This document shows positions 1-9,490 of a stretch of DNA of 42,340 nt, piece by piece. This stretch comes from an uncultured Candidatus Saccharibacteria bacterium (GTDB lineage Bacteria; Patescibacteriota; JAUYIX01): assembly GCA_964435075.1 (NCBI GenBank), contig CAYSXT010000002.1:1-42340 (forward strand). Reading direction: 5' to 3'. Each line of letters opens with the position of its first letter. Position 1 is the stretch's first letter. The notes beneath the pieces were generated by a model. The model was not told the origin of the DNA, did not search any database, and worked only from the letters and a program-made list of their open reading frames with translations. Both the position numbers and the translations under genes were made by a program.

Positions 1-771
1 GATTTATTTACCAAACTTGCTCCACAAACAATTTATCATTTAGCAGCTCAAAAAAGCGTGCCTGATTCTGTTAAAGATCCCTTTGCTGATTTGTCTATTA
101 ATTTGGTAAGTCTCTTAAACATAATGGAGGGGATTAAATCGCTTGATGAAAAACCTAAAGTTATTTTTTCTTCCACTGGGGGAGCTATTTACGGCGATAC
201 CACAGTAATGCCAACGCCAGAATCACTCGAGCCCAGGCCCGCCTCACCATACGGAATTACTAAACTCGCTAGCGAAAAATACTTACATTTTTATAAACTG
301 CAGTACGGAGTTGACTACAGCGTCTTGCGTTTTGCGAATGTTTATGGGCCCCGCCAAGACCCTAAAGGTGAGGCGGGCGTCGTAGCTATCTTTGTATCTC
401 GGGCTTTAAACAAAGAGCCTATGACTATTTACGGCGATGGTAAAAATACGCGTGATTACGTCTATGTTGGTGACGTAGTCGAGGCCTGTCTAAAAGCCAA
501 AGACACATCCACGTCAAGTCCAATTAATGTCGGTACTGGTCAGGAAACTAGCGTTTTAGAAATTACGGCTGCCATCCACAGGCTTATGGACCACGACATA
601 ACAGTAAGGCATGACGCCGCCCGTCCAGGTGAGCAAAGGCGCAGCCTGCTTGACAACTCGCTGGGAAAAAAAGACCTTGGATTTGAGCCAGCTGTTGACC
701 TAGAGAAAGGAATTAAAATGACTATTGATTGGTTCGCCTCCAATAAAACCTCGGAAGCTAAACCAGATTAG
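1..771 (+). CDS. NAD-dependent epimerase/dehydratase (UDP-glucose 4-epimerase-like), 5' end outside the window
   Basis: The frame is open from nt 1 (DLFTKLAPQTIYHLAAQKSV...). It has the SDR catalytic YxxxK (SPYGITKLASEKY) and extended-SDR C-terminal motifs (RFANVYGPRQ, GDGKNTRDYVYVGD). The ORF-track ATG at 58 is internal. Confidence 0.8.
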   Translation, partial: DLFTKLAPQTIYHLAAQKSVPDSVKDPFADLSINLVSLLNIMEGIKSLDEKPKVIFSSTGGAIYGDTTVMPTPESLEPRPASPYGITKLASEKYLHFYKLQYGVDYSVLRFANVYGPRQDPKGEAGVVAIFVSRALNKEPMTIYGDGKNTRDYVYVGDVVEACLKAKDTSTSSPINVGTGQETSVLEITAAIHRLMDHDITVRHDAARPGEQRRSLLDNSLGKKDLGFEPAVDLEKGIKMTIDWFASNKTSEAKPD

Positions 772-3700
772 TACAGATCTATAATCGTAATACCCGTATA
801 GAATGCTTTCAAAATTTGCGAGTATTTTTTACCAGCCGCCGCTTTAGCGCGAGCACCGCTTGCCGATAATCCAACCCCATGACCTAAGAGGGATTTTCCA
901 TTGTCTTCCGGAACATTGACGCTAACTAACCAAGGTTTGACCGGGCCACCAAATGCCTCGTGAAAGCCTCTTGTTCGTCCATCGGATTGCGAGAAGAATG
1001 GAGTAACGACAATTGAGCCATTGTAGGTCACAAATTTTCCCGCAGTTGCGTTTGCTGCAGCAACAAAATCAGTATTACGTTTTTCTAAATTGTAACCCTT
1101 ATAAACAAGGTCAGTATTCTGAACATCAAATCCATGCTGTGAGTGTTTACCACCGATAGATCTTTGGTACTCAGTATAGGTTCTAACTGCAATCGCTAAG
1201 GCCTTGTAGTACTCAGCATTATCACCGTTTGAAGCCTCCGCCACACCCTTAACAAAGTGTTCTAACTTAACATGATTAATAGCGTAAGTTTTGCCGTTAG
1301 CGCTAGAACGTCTAACCTCAAGAGTACCTCTAAACTTATTGTCGTTAAGACTTGGATTCCAGGCTGGTCGATCCTCAAAGTCGGCTAATTCTAGAATAGT
1401 TGATCCCGAAGGAACAAACCTGATTGGCTCAGTAGAAGAACCAGACACGGCTCCTGTAACCACATATTTTGATCCATTCCACTTAGCAGAAACTTTGGCA
1501 CCATTAGAACTGCCTAATTTTTTACCGGCTTTATCTTTTACCTCGAAACTACCGTTACCTTTAACGCCAATAGCATTGGTTGTGGAATATATTCCTGCTC
1601 TAATAATACTGTTGCCAGCTGGTCCTGTGGAACCGCTACCCGATACCGATCTTTTGATACCAAAACCAGAGAAAGCAATTGGAAGCCCATCCAAGTCAGC
1701 AAGTCCAAAATACTCCGTCTTATCACCGGCAGTTGGGCCAGCAGCAATCTCAATAGAAAGAGTGGCAACTTGATTTGGGGCGACTACAGCTGGCTCAAGA
1801 TTAGTAGGGGACTTACTATTGTTCCAAGTGGTGGTAGAAAAGTCACTATCATGTTTCCAATTATTACTTGTATAGACTTTTATAGCCTCGTTTCCGGTGG
1901 CATACCAAGTTTTTGATCCTGTATTTTTTATCTTAATCTCGGCACGGCCTGTTGTTCCTGCTTTTAACTTTATTGTAGGAGTTTTAGAGAGAACCTTAGC
2001 CTCATAATCACGTCGAGCAATAATTTTTAAATTAAATTTAGAACCGTCAATGGGTTTTGTGCCACTAACTAATTGGAAGCTCTCAGAATGTTCTCCATAA
2101 GAGTCAGGCACCTTTACTTTAAAACTCATTGAAGCTGATTGACCTGGATTAATTTTACTGGAGACTAAAGCCACAGTATTAGCAGATACCCAATCAGCAG
2201 CTTTTAAACTAGTCGCATTTGCACTAACACCTTTCAGGGATACGGCTTTTGTACCGGTAGGTTCCCAGGCAAAACTTGATTTATTGATTATATCAATAGT
2301 CACCGGTATTTCCTGGTTTGGCTCTCCATAAAGCACAAGTGGTCTTTCAGTAACCTGAGACTGATACCCATTTGCCACTCTCAAGTGAAGTTTAAAGCTG
2401 GCGCCAGGAATAAAGGTTACACCCTCAATAACCGGCTGCATTGCTTCGTAATAGTTTCCCTGTTTAGAAGGAACCTTAATATTAAATTTAAATGACGCTA
2501 CACCATCAGGACCCACCGAAGAAGAGTCCATTTTTGTTGGACGATAATGAGTAGGCCAGTCTGCATCTCTGAATTGACTGGTTCTGCCTAAGGGGTCAAT
2601 AAGATTGAGCGCAGCAAAGTTAGCGCCAGAGTTCTTCCAAGTTTTATAACCGACGTTTTTAACTTTAACTGTTATTTGGGTACGGGTTCCGCCTTCTATG
2701 TTTATGACGCTAGGCAAACTTACAACTTTTCCGGCGTATGCTTTTCTAGAAGAACGAGTCAAAGTAAATGATGTGCCCGCGATCTTGCTACCATTTTTTA
2801 CGAGCGCAAATGAATCGCTAGTATTGCCAGCCTTACTGGCAGCTAGCGGAACCTTAAATGTGGCGTACTTGCCAGGAGCCACACTCGACTCAGACATGTA
2901 AGAGGGGACTGAATTATTTACCCAGCCTGACGTATGCAGGCTACTTTTGTGATTTAGCGGATTAACTGTTCTGACTATTACTTTATTTGTGCCAGTTCTA
3001 TACCAAGTCTTAGAACCAGTGTTTTTAATTTTTATAGTTGCGGTTCCACCCCGATTTTCTGCCAAGATATTACCTGCAATGGATGAGAGCGTACCTGCAT
3101 AATTTCCAGATAAATAATTACCTTTGGCATTATTGGCTGCAGTTCTAATAGACCCAAGACGACTGTGTTCTAAGGTTCCGGGACATAGAGTGCTAGTAAA
3201 GTCACGGTGACCAGCCAACATGTAGGCTGTCTTGCCACCAAAAGTATGCGTCGACGTTGGGGTAAGATTATGACGAGCAGAAAGGTAGCCTGCCAGATCA
3301 GCAAGAGCAGCTTCGGCAGCCGGTGTAGCAGCTTGAGAATCATACGTGCCAAGTAAGGCAACTCCAACAGAACCAGTATTAAATCCAAGTGTATGACCAG
3401 CGATGACGCCTTCGCCGCCAGCCCGACCGGTATAAATTCTACCCTGTGCGTCTATTAAATAGTTATAACCAATGTCGCCCCAGCCAAGAGTAACGGCGTG
3501 GTAATAGTAAATACCTCTTACAACTGCGGCAGGATCGTTACCTCCATCAGAACCAGCAGTGTGGTGAACAATCAACTGTTTTACATCAGCATGTTGTGGG
3601 GTCCAATCCATCCAAGACTCATTTGCACCCCAGCCAGCCCTAGAAATAATATTTGGTTGACCTACAGTTGTTGCATTAGCACTAATAGGTGCAGGCGAGC

Positions 3701-4301
3701 TTTCAGCCACTACTGCTGACGGACCCTCCAGAGAGTTGATAAAATCAATCCTTAGATCATCCAGACGGGGAGTATTAACAGCATCATCAGTTGTTAGGTC
3801 AATCGCGACTTGTAATCGATCGGATTGGGTAATAAATAATAGATCACTCGCTAATGCTCCTGGGTCATCTTTTATATAAACATCTTCAGAAGAGGTTATT
3901 TCTCGCCAGTCAGTCCAGTCATCTTCTAGGCCCACGCGGTAAGACAGATCAATTGTCGTGCCAACCGGCTTAGACTCGTGCCATCTAAAACCAACACTGA
4001 TAAAAGCATTATCTGCAATTATGTCAGCTGATTCTATGCGACGATCCATTTCGTAACCGCTGCCTGATTCTTTAAGTTCTACCCCCGAAGTTGTAACAAA
4101 TACATTTTCCGTGTCAGCTGCCTCAACCTCAATTTCTTGAATATAAGTTCCTACAGAACCTTGTAAGACAGTAAAATCGCCGTCTTTTAGATATTTATCA
4201 AAACCTGGACCATATACAATGGCTGCTATAGCCAATACTATTGCTAGAACACCGAATGTTCCTTTGAGAATCTTTTTAGTTGTGGAAGTATTTGTTTGCA
4301 T
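768..4301 (-). CDS. Membrane-anchored cell-wall hydrolase fusion: N-acetylmuramoyl-L-alanine amidase (Amidase_2/PGRP), four Ig-like (NBR1-type) repeats, and a C-terminal SpoIID/LytB lytic transglycosylase domain
   Basis: Amidase_2 motifs are present (QLIVHHTAGS, WGDIGYNYLID, AGHRDF..TLCPG). A ~100-aa module recurs four times (IKIKNTGSKTWY, VKVKNVGYKTWK, IDIINKSSFAWE, IKIKNTGSKTWY). SpoIID motifs are present (EYYKALAIAVRTYTEY, VYKGY, TPFFSQSDGRT, LLGHGVGLSASGA). There is an N-terminal TM helix. The track ORF starts at GTG 4343, but that GTG lies between the elements of a TTGACA-17-TAGAAT promoter just upstream of the -10, so ATG 4301 (MQTNTSTTKK...) is preferred. Confidence 0.85.
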   Translation of the reverse strand: MQTNTSTTKKILKGTFGVLAIVLAIAAIVYGPGFDKYLKDGDFTVLQGSVGTYIQEIEVEAADTENVFVTTSGVELKESGSGYEMDRRIESADIIADNAFISVGFRWHESKPVGTTIDLSYRVGLEDDWTDWREITSSEDVYIKDDPGALASDLLFITQSDRLQVAIDLTTDDAVNTPRLDDLRIDFINSLEGPSAVVAESSPAPISANATTVGQPNIISRAGWGANESWMDWTPQHADVKQLIVHHTAGSDGGNDPAAVVRGIYYYHAVTLGWGDIGYNYLIDAQGRIYTGRAGGEGVIAGHTLGFNTGSVGVALLGTYDSQAATPAAEAALADLAGYLSARHNLTPTSTHTFGGKTAYMLAGHRDFTSTLCPGTLEHSRLGSIRTAANNAKGNYLSGNYAGTLSSIAGNILAENRGGTATIKIKNTGSKTWYRTGTNKVIVRTVNPLNHKSSLHTSGWVNNSVPSYMSESSVAPGKYATFKVPLAASKAGNTSDSFALVKNGSKIAGTSFTLTRSSRKAYAGKVVSLPSVINIEGGTRTQITVKVKNVGYKTWKNSGANFAALNLIDPLGRTSQFRDADWPTHYRPTKMDSSSVGPDGVASFKFNIKVPSKQGNYYEAMQPVIEGVTFIPGASFKLHLRVANGYQSQVTERPLVLYGEPNQEIPVTIDIINKSSFAWEPTGTKAVSLKGVSANATSLKAADWVSANTVALVSSKINPGQSASMSFKVKVPDSYGEHSESFQLVSGTKPIDGSKFNLKIIARRDYEAKVLSKTPTIKLKAGTTGRAEIKIKNTGSKTWYATGNEAIKVYTSNNWKHDSDFSTTTWNNSKSPTNLEPAVVAPNQVATLSIEIAAGPTAGDKTEYFGLADLDGLPIAFSGFGIKRSVSGSGSTGPAGNSIIRAGIYSTTNAIGVKGNGSFEVKDKAGKKLGSSNGAKVSAKWNGSKYVVTGAVSGSSTEPIRFVPSGSTILELADFEDRPAWNPSLNDNKFRGTLEVRRSSANGKTYAINHVKLEHFVKGVAEASNGDNAEYYKALAIAVRTYTEYQRSIGGKHSQHGFDVQNTDLVYKGYNLEKRNTDFVAAANATAGKFVTYNGSIVVTPFFSQSDGRTRGFHEAFGGPVKPWLVSVNVPEDNGKSLLGHGVGLSASGARAKAAAGKKYSQILKAFYTGITIIDLY

Positions 4302-4333
4302 TTGGGGAATTGGCTGATTAGCCAAATCATAGT

Positions 4334-4362
4334 ATTCTAACACGCCTAGACACGTTTGTCAA
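4334..4362 (-). promoter_or_regulatory. Sigma70-type promoter for the amidase-SpoIID gene
   Basis: The minus strand reads TTGACA-aacgtgtctaggcgtgt(17)-TAGAAT. Confidence 0.55.
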
Positions 4363-4392
4363 TATTTTTACGCAAACAGACCACCCTAATTC

Positions 4393-7233
4393 ATGTTAAA
4401 ATTTTTTAATCACATGCAAAGAAAAGGACTTAACAAGATATTAGTCGGCGGATTTATTGGTCTTATTGGACTAGTCTTTTTATTTACGGCTCAAAATGGA
4501 TTAGCGAAAAGTCGTAAAACCAGTGAAACCAAGAATTTATTCTCTAAGTTAGTGTCAGAAGGGCAAATTCTTGAGGATGAAATCATTCTTCAAGTTGATA
4601 AGGGTAGCAACATTGATGTACAACGAGATTCGCGTATTAATGGTCTTTCTGTATCGTCAGAGAAAATTACCACTGATAAAGATCCAATATCGGGAATTAT
4701 TAGAGTCAAATTGGCACCGGGCATCACCGTGGCCGATGCATTGACTGAGTATAACAACTTGCCAGGCGTGTCAGCAGGACCAAATGTTATCTACCATTCC
4801 AGTCTCACTCCCGATGATTCATATTTTGATTCACAGTGGGCTCTACATAACACAGGACAAACTGGTGGCACTTCGGATGCCGATATTGATGCTCCTTCAG
4901 GCTGGGATAATAGTACAGGAGACAGCAGCGTAGTAATTGCCATAGTAGATTCCGGTACCCAATTAGATCATACCGATTTAGCAGACCGTATTTGGGAAAA
5001 CCCTTCAGAGGTAAGCGCCGGTATATGTACAAATAATAATTCCGATGATGATGGTAATGGCTATAAAGATGACTGTTATGGCTATGATTTTGTTTCTACC
5101 TTTAATGGGTCTGGCAGCAATTCGCCACGGGACAATGATCCTTCTCCGTGCGGCACAAATATTCATGCTCCAAATACCTCTGACTGTAATGGTGTCGATG
5201 ATGACGGAGCAGGCGGTGCAGATAACTTGATAATGCACGGTACACATGTAGCAGGTATTGCAGCCGCAACCCAAGATAATACTTTTGGTATTTCTGGTGT
5301 CGCACCTGGTGTAAAAATTATGCCAATCAGAACCCTCACAGAAGATGGCATCGGAATAACTAGCGACGTAATTGCAGGCATGAACTATGCGATTAGCGAG
5401 GGGGCTGACGTAATTAATATGAGCTTTGGAGCTGAGACTTATGATAGCTCATTTGATGCAGTGGTATCTTCCGCCATCAATAACGATGTAGTGTTAGTCG
5501 CAGCTGCAGGCAATAAAAATGAGAACTTAGTAGCTGGTTCCACCTGCGATTCACCGGTCTGCAATGATGACCCAAACGATAATGGTGCAAATGGTGTGCT
5601 GGGAGTAGCATCGTCAACGGATCGTGATCGTAAGTCTTCGTTCTCTAATTATTCAACAGAGGGTTTTGTTGATGTTATCGCACCAGGCAGCTCTATACTT
5701 TCTACTTGCTACGACACCACTACCTCATCCTCATGTTTTGGTGGTTCTGAAACTGGATCAGAGCCCAATGAGTTTTCTAGAATGAGTGGTACCAGTATGG
5801 CTACCCCGCACGTTGCAGGGGCTGCTGCACTCCTAAGATCATCATATCCATCCCTATCTGCAAGTGAAATAATTGAGGCCATTAAACTCTCCGGCGATAA
5901 TGTGACTGCAGCTAATGATAATCTGGGTGCTTGTGGAGGCTCCGATTGCACAACCGGTGAGACTGGTACTTTAGGACATGGTCGCCTAAACATTAATAAT
6001 TTCTTTGGACCGCTTTTGGTGGGTGCAAGTCCGAGTAAAGTCGACAGAGGAAAATCAAAAACGGTTAGCCTAACGGGAATAAACACATCTTTTAACGGCA
6101 CCTCAACGGTAGACTTTGGTGAGGGCATAGCAGTCAATTCTTTTTCATGTTCAAGCTCCACTTCTTGTTCTGCGAATATTACAGTTTCTAATTCTGCACC
6201 GCTTGGGCCTCATGAGGTAAAAGTTACGACCGGAGCAGAGGTTGTTAAACACGCAACCGTTTTTGGAGTGGCCGGCTCAATTTTACGCTTATCTGGCGAT
6301 GACAGAATTGCTACTGGAATAACCATAAGTAAGAACTATTATCCGATCACCAACTCAGCAAAAAACGTAATCATTGCCCGTAAAGATAATTTTCCGGATA
6401 GCTTAGCAGGCGCGCCACTAGCTAGTTTGGCAGACGGACCTATATTGTTTACTGATTCAACTAGCTTAGATAGTCGGGTTGCCTCTGAGATTAATCGATT
6501 ATTACATGGCGGTAAATCTGCAAAAATTTATATCCTGGGTGGTACAGTCGCTCTTAATTCTACAGTTGAGAACCAGCTTAAGGCCCTAAGTTCCAATTGG
6601 ACTATAAAAAGACTAGCTGGCACTGACCGCTATGATACAGCACGCAAAATAGCGGATGAAACAAATGTATTACGGGGCGGCAAGCCAAACCGCATCATTT
6701 TAACACCTGGAACTGATTTTCCAGACGCACTGGCTGCAGCAGTACCTGCCAGTGATGAAGCTCTTAATCCAAATCGTATTCCGATCATTCTCACCAAAAA
6801 AGATACTTTACCTCAAGCCTCTTTGGACTATTTGGCAGGTAATGCTTCAGGTATTAACTCTGGCTACGCAGTAGGGGGACCAGCAGTATTGAGTGATGCA
6901 GTATTGCTTCAAGTCCAAAGTGTGGTCGGAAGTATGGAAAGACTTTGGGGCAACGATCGTTATTTAACTGCTCAAGCCGTAGCCGAACGTTTTTATTCTA
7001 ACCCGGTCAGTGTCTCTTTTGCTTCTGGCTTAAATTTCCCTGATGCCCAAGCCGGCGGGCCGCATAGTGGATCCAGACATAGTCCATTGCTACTAATCAA
7101 AGGATCACAAACCCCTCAAGCGACTTTTGACTATGTCAGCGATAAAAGTGACAGCATATTGGGAGGATTTATGTATGGAGGAACATCCGTAATACCAAAC
7201 AATGTTAAAACGTTTTTGGAACCTATTATTTAG
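4393..7233 (+). CDS. Secreted subtilisin-like serine protease (S8) with an Ig-like spacer and three C-terminal CWB2 cell-wall-binding repeats
   Basis: The catalytic triad motifs are AIVDSGT (Asp), HGTHVAGIAAA (His) and SGTSMATPHVAGAAALL (Ser), with a DDDGNGYKDD calcium-loop motif. An N-terminal signal/anchor is present. The C-terminus has three repeats starting RLSGDDRIATG, RLAGTDRYDTA and RLWGNDRYLTA, each with NFPDxLA and ILGG signatures typical of CWB2. An alternative start is ATG 4414. Confidence 0.85.
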   Translation: MLKFFNHMQRKGLNKILVGGFIGLIGLVFLFTAQNGLAKSRKTSETKNLFSKLVSEGQILEDEIILQVDKGSNIDVQRDSRINGLSVSSEKITTDKDPISGIIRVKLAPGITVADALTEYNNLPGVSAGPNVIYHSSLTPDDSYFDSQWALHNTGQTGGTSDADIDAPSGWDNSTGDSSVVIAIVDSGTQLDHTDLADRIWENPSEVSAGICTNNNSDDDGNGYKDDCYGYDFVSTFNGSGSNSPRDNDPSPCGTNIHAPNTSDCNGVDDDGAGGADNLIMHGTHVAGIAAATQDNTFGISGVAPGVKIMPIRTLTEDGIGITSDVIAGMNYAISEGADVINMSFGAETYDSSFDAVVSSAINNDVVLVAAAGNKNENLVAGSTCDSPVCNDDPNDNGANGVLGVASSTDRDRKSSFSNYSTEGFVDVIAPGSSILSTCYDTTTSSSCFGGSETGSEPNEFSRMSGTSMATPHVAGAAALLRSSYPSLSASEIIEAIKLSGDNVTAANDNLGACGGSDCTTGETGTLGHGRLNINNFFGPLLVGASPSKVDRGKSKTVSLTGINTSFNGTSTVDFGEGIAVNSFSCSSSTSCSANITVSNSAPLGPHEVKVTTGAEVVKHATVFGVAGSILRLSGDDRIATGITISKNYYPITNSAKNVIIARKDNFPDSLAGAPLASLADGPILFTDSTSLDSRVASEINRLLHGGKSAKIYILGGTVALNSTVENQLKALSSNWTIKRLAGTDRYDTARKIADETNVLRGGKPNRIILTPGTDFPDALAAAVPASDEALNPNRIPIILTKKDTLPQASLDYLAGNASGINSGYAVGGPAVLSDAVLLQVQSVVGSMERLWGNDRYLTAQAVAERFYSNPVSVSFASGLNFPDAQAGGPHSGSRHSPLLLIKGSQTPQATFDYVSDKSDSILGGFMYGGTSVIPNNVKTFLEPII

Positions 7234-8245
7234 CGTCAGCGTTGTTTTCGCAGGCATAGGCTTTTTTGTGGCTCCTCAAAAAGCCTCCGCTTTAGGTAGT
7301 CTGGACCGACTTAGTGGTGCTAACCGCATAGAAACAGCAATTGCTATAAGTAAACGACTATTTCCGACCACAAATTCTGCCAAGGCTGTAATACTGGCTC
7401 GTCACGATAATTTTGCAGATGCTTTGGCGGCAAATAGTTTGGCGGGATTAGCTGATGCACCTATATTATTAAATCCGGGAGGCAAAGCGCTCGATTCTAA
7501 GGTAAAAACGGAGATAGATCGACTATTAAAAAGTGGTAAGACTATTTACATAGCTGGTGGAACAGCCGCGATACCGACATCTGTAGATAATGCTCTAAAG
7601 GGAAGTTATAAAATCAAAAGAATCGCCGGTAGTGACCGATATGACACTGCCAAAAAAATTAAACTAGAAGGTGACGCACTTAGAGGAAGTGCTGCTACCG
7701 AGGCCATAATCACTAGGGGAGACAATTTTCCTGATGCACTTTCTGCCTCGAGCTACTCTGCCTTTAGTGGAGCGCCGATTATATTAGTGAAGCAGGACAA
7801 GGTCCCAGCAGCAAGTTCTTCCATACTTACGCCAACCATAAAGTCCACATACATTATCGGGGGAACAGCAGCTATCACCAATTCAGTTAAAACAACCATA
7901 GAGAGTCTGACCAAAAACTTAGCAACCAGAATTTCTGGTGCAAACCGCTATGCAACCTCGGCCGCCGTGGCAAACTTTTTCTTTGCTACACCTTTGGCAA
8001 TTAGTGTTGCCACCGGCACAGATTATCCAGATGCTTTGGCAGGCGGCGCTCTGGCAGGTAAATCAGGACTTACACCATTTGGTTTACCCGTTTTACTAAC
8101 AAAACCTACTAGCACCCCGGCTGAACTTGAAGCTTATTTAAAAAGTCACGCCTCCACTATAGATAATACATTAAGCGGTTATCTTTTTGGTGGCTTTGCG
8201 GCAGTCGACCTAGAGACAGAGCTTCGGATAGAACTTCTCATCTGA
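7202..8245 (+). CDS. Secreted protein made of a signal peptide plus three CWB2 cell-wall-binding repeats
   Basis: The signal peptide is MLKRFWNLLFSVSVVFAGIGFFVAPQKASA. Three repeats start RLSGANRIETA, RIAGSDRYDTA and RISGANRYATS, with NFADALA/NFPDALS/DYPDALAG. It is paralogous to the C-terminal third of the upstream protease and overlaps it by 32 nt in another frame. Confidence 0.8.
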   Translation: MLKRFWNLLFSVSVVFAGIGFFVAPQKASALGSLDRLSGANRIETAIAISKRLFPTTNSAKAVILARHDNFADALAANSLAGLADAPILLNPGGKALDSKVKTEIDRLLKSGKTIYIAGGTAAIPTSVDNALKGSYKIKRIAGSDRYDTAKKIKLEGDALRGSAATEAIITRGDNFPDALSASSYSAFSGAPIILVKQDKVPAASSSILTPTIKSTYIIGGTAAITNSVKTTIESLTKNLATRISGANRYATSAAVANFFFATPLAISVATGTDYPDALAGGALAGKSGLTPFGLPVLLTKPTSTPAELEAYLKSHASTIDNTLSGYLFGGFAAVDLETELRIELLI

Positions 8246-8277
8246 TTATTTTGTTGAATTACTCAAGGCAACAGACC

Positions 8278-8306
8278 TTGAAATTTAGGTTCATTTTCCG
8301 TATAGT
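8278..8306 (+). promoter_or_regulatory. Sigma70-type promoter for the glycan operon
   Basis: TTGAAA-tttaggttcattttccg(17)-TATAGT lies about 53 nt upstream of ATG 8360, in the only sizeable gap (114 bp) of this region. Confidence 0.5.
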
Positions 8307-8359
8307 ATCGCGAGCTTTCCTTTTAAATACTCATTTAATTTGGGCTTACTAAAGCCATT

Positions 8360-9490
8360 ATGCGGATATTATTTTTTACTTCATTAAAGGGATTCCATGG
8401 GAAAAAGTGGCTATTGGCTTTAGCGCAGCAGCATGAGGTTCATGTTGCGACCTTTAGAGTTGATCCAGAAGATAAAATAACGGGTGTCATCTTCCACGAA
8501 ATATTACCAAAAGTAGACCAGCAGCTAACCCAGGCAGCCAGCCCACCTAGTCACACCCCCAAACAAGAAGCACGACTTACTTTCAAAATTGGCTATAAAC
8601 ACGCTAAAGATTTTGCCAAGGTAATCAATATGGTAAAACCAGATATTGTTCATGCTCATCAATCTGTACCTTTTGGTTGGTATGCATTGAGAGCCTTAAA
8701 AAAGGCTAAAGCAAAACCAAAATTTATCGTCTCAGTCTGGGGAACCGACGTAATCGGTTATCCAGAATCCGCTTGGCTTTATCGTTGGCTTAACCAGCAA
8801 GTGCTAGGCAAAGCCGATGTAATCACGGCCACCGGTGGTATCCTTAGAGAAAAAGCAAGCCAATTTGCAGCTGGCAAAACTATTCAAATCATCCCATTTG
8901 GCATTGACTTGAATAAATTTTACCCAAAAATAAAACCGGCAGATAATGTTTCACTTTTTGGTATTGCCAAACAACTAAAACCGGTTTATCGCATTGATTA
9001 CGCACTTAGAGCTCTGGCCATAGCTAAAGAGAATAATCCAAATTTTAAACTTGAAATTGCGGGATCTGGACCAGAACTAGATAAGCTTAAAGCTTTAGCA
9101 AAAAAACTGGAGATCTACGATTCCGTAAAATTTCTTGGACACACCGAACCCAAACATATCCCAGACCTAATGCGTCGCTGGGATTGTTTATTAAACCCAA
9201 CTAAACAAGAAGGCTTTGGAGTCGTTGCACTCGAAGCTGCTGCCGTGGGCACCCCTATGATCGCCACCAATACGGGTGGCTTGCCTGAGGTGACTATTCA
9301 AAATAAAACGGCCATATTATTGGACGACATGACGCCAAAAACGCTCGCAGCCGAAATGTCCAAAATGGCACAAGATAAAACACTTACTAACAAGGCCTTA
9401 ACTGCAGGCCCCATGTTTGTTAAACATAATTTTGCTTGGAACAAAAATGTTACGCAGATGAACAGCCTTTACACGGAGGCCACACAATGA
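8360..9490 (+). CDS. Glycosyltransferase family 4 (GT-B, retaining)
   Basis: It has the EX7E motif EGFGVVALEAAAVGTPMIATNTGGLPEV and a GT-B two-domain layout. Confidence 0.85.
   Translation: MRILFFTSLKGFHGKKWLLALAQQHEVHVATFRVDPEDKITGVIFHEILPKVDQQLTQAASPPSHTPKQEARLTFKIGYKHAKDFAKVINMVKPDIVHAHQSVPFGWYALRALKKAKAKPKFIVSVWGTDVIGYPESAWLYRWLNQQVLGKADVITATGGILREKASQFAAGKTIQIIPFGIDLNKFYPKIKPADNVSLFGIAKQLKPVYRIDYALRALAIAKENNPNFKLEIAGSGPELDKLKALAKKLEIYDSVKFLGHTEPKHIPDLMRRWDCLLNPTKQEGFGVVALEAAAVGTPMIATNTGGLPEVTIQNKTAILLDDMTPKTLAAEMSKMAQDKTLTNKALTAGPMFVKHNFAWNKNVTQMNSLYTEATQ

Noticed and set aside
1659-3101. Repetitive structure inside the hydrolase gene as a DNA tandem repeat or variable region
   Set aside because: The four modules are diverged at the protein level (similar strand motifs only) and are not near-identical at the DNA level. 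They are ordinary Ig-like domain repeats.
7202-7233. The 32-nt overlap between the protease and the CWB2-only gene as a programmed frameshift or split pseudogene
   Set aside because: The downstream ORF begins with a complete signal peptide (K/R n-region, hydrophobic core, ASA cleavage motif). The upstream protein already has a full set of three CWB2 repeats. They are two independent paralogous genes.
8264-8280. Hairpin CAAGG-caacaga-CCTTG after the CWB2 gene as a terminator
   Set aside because: The stem is only 5 bp, no T-run follows, and it overlaps the -35 of the downstream promoter.
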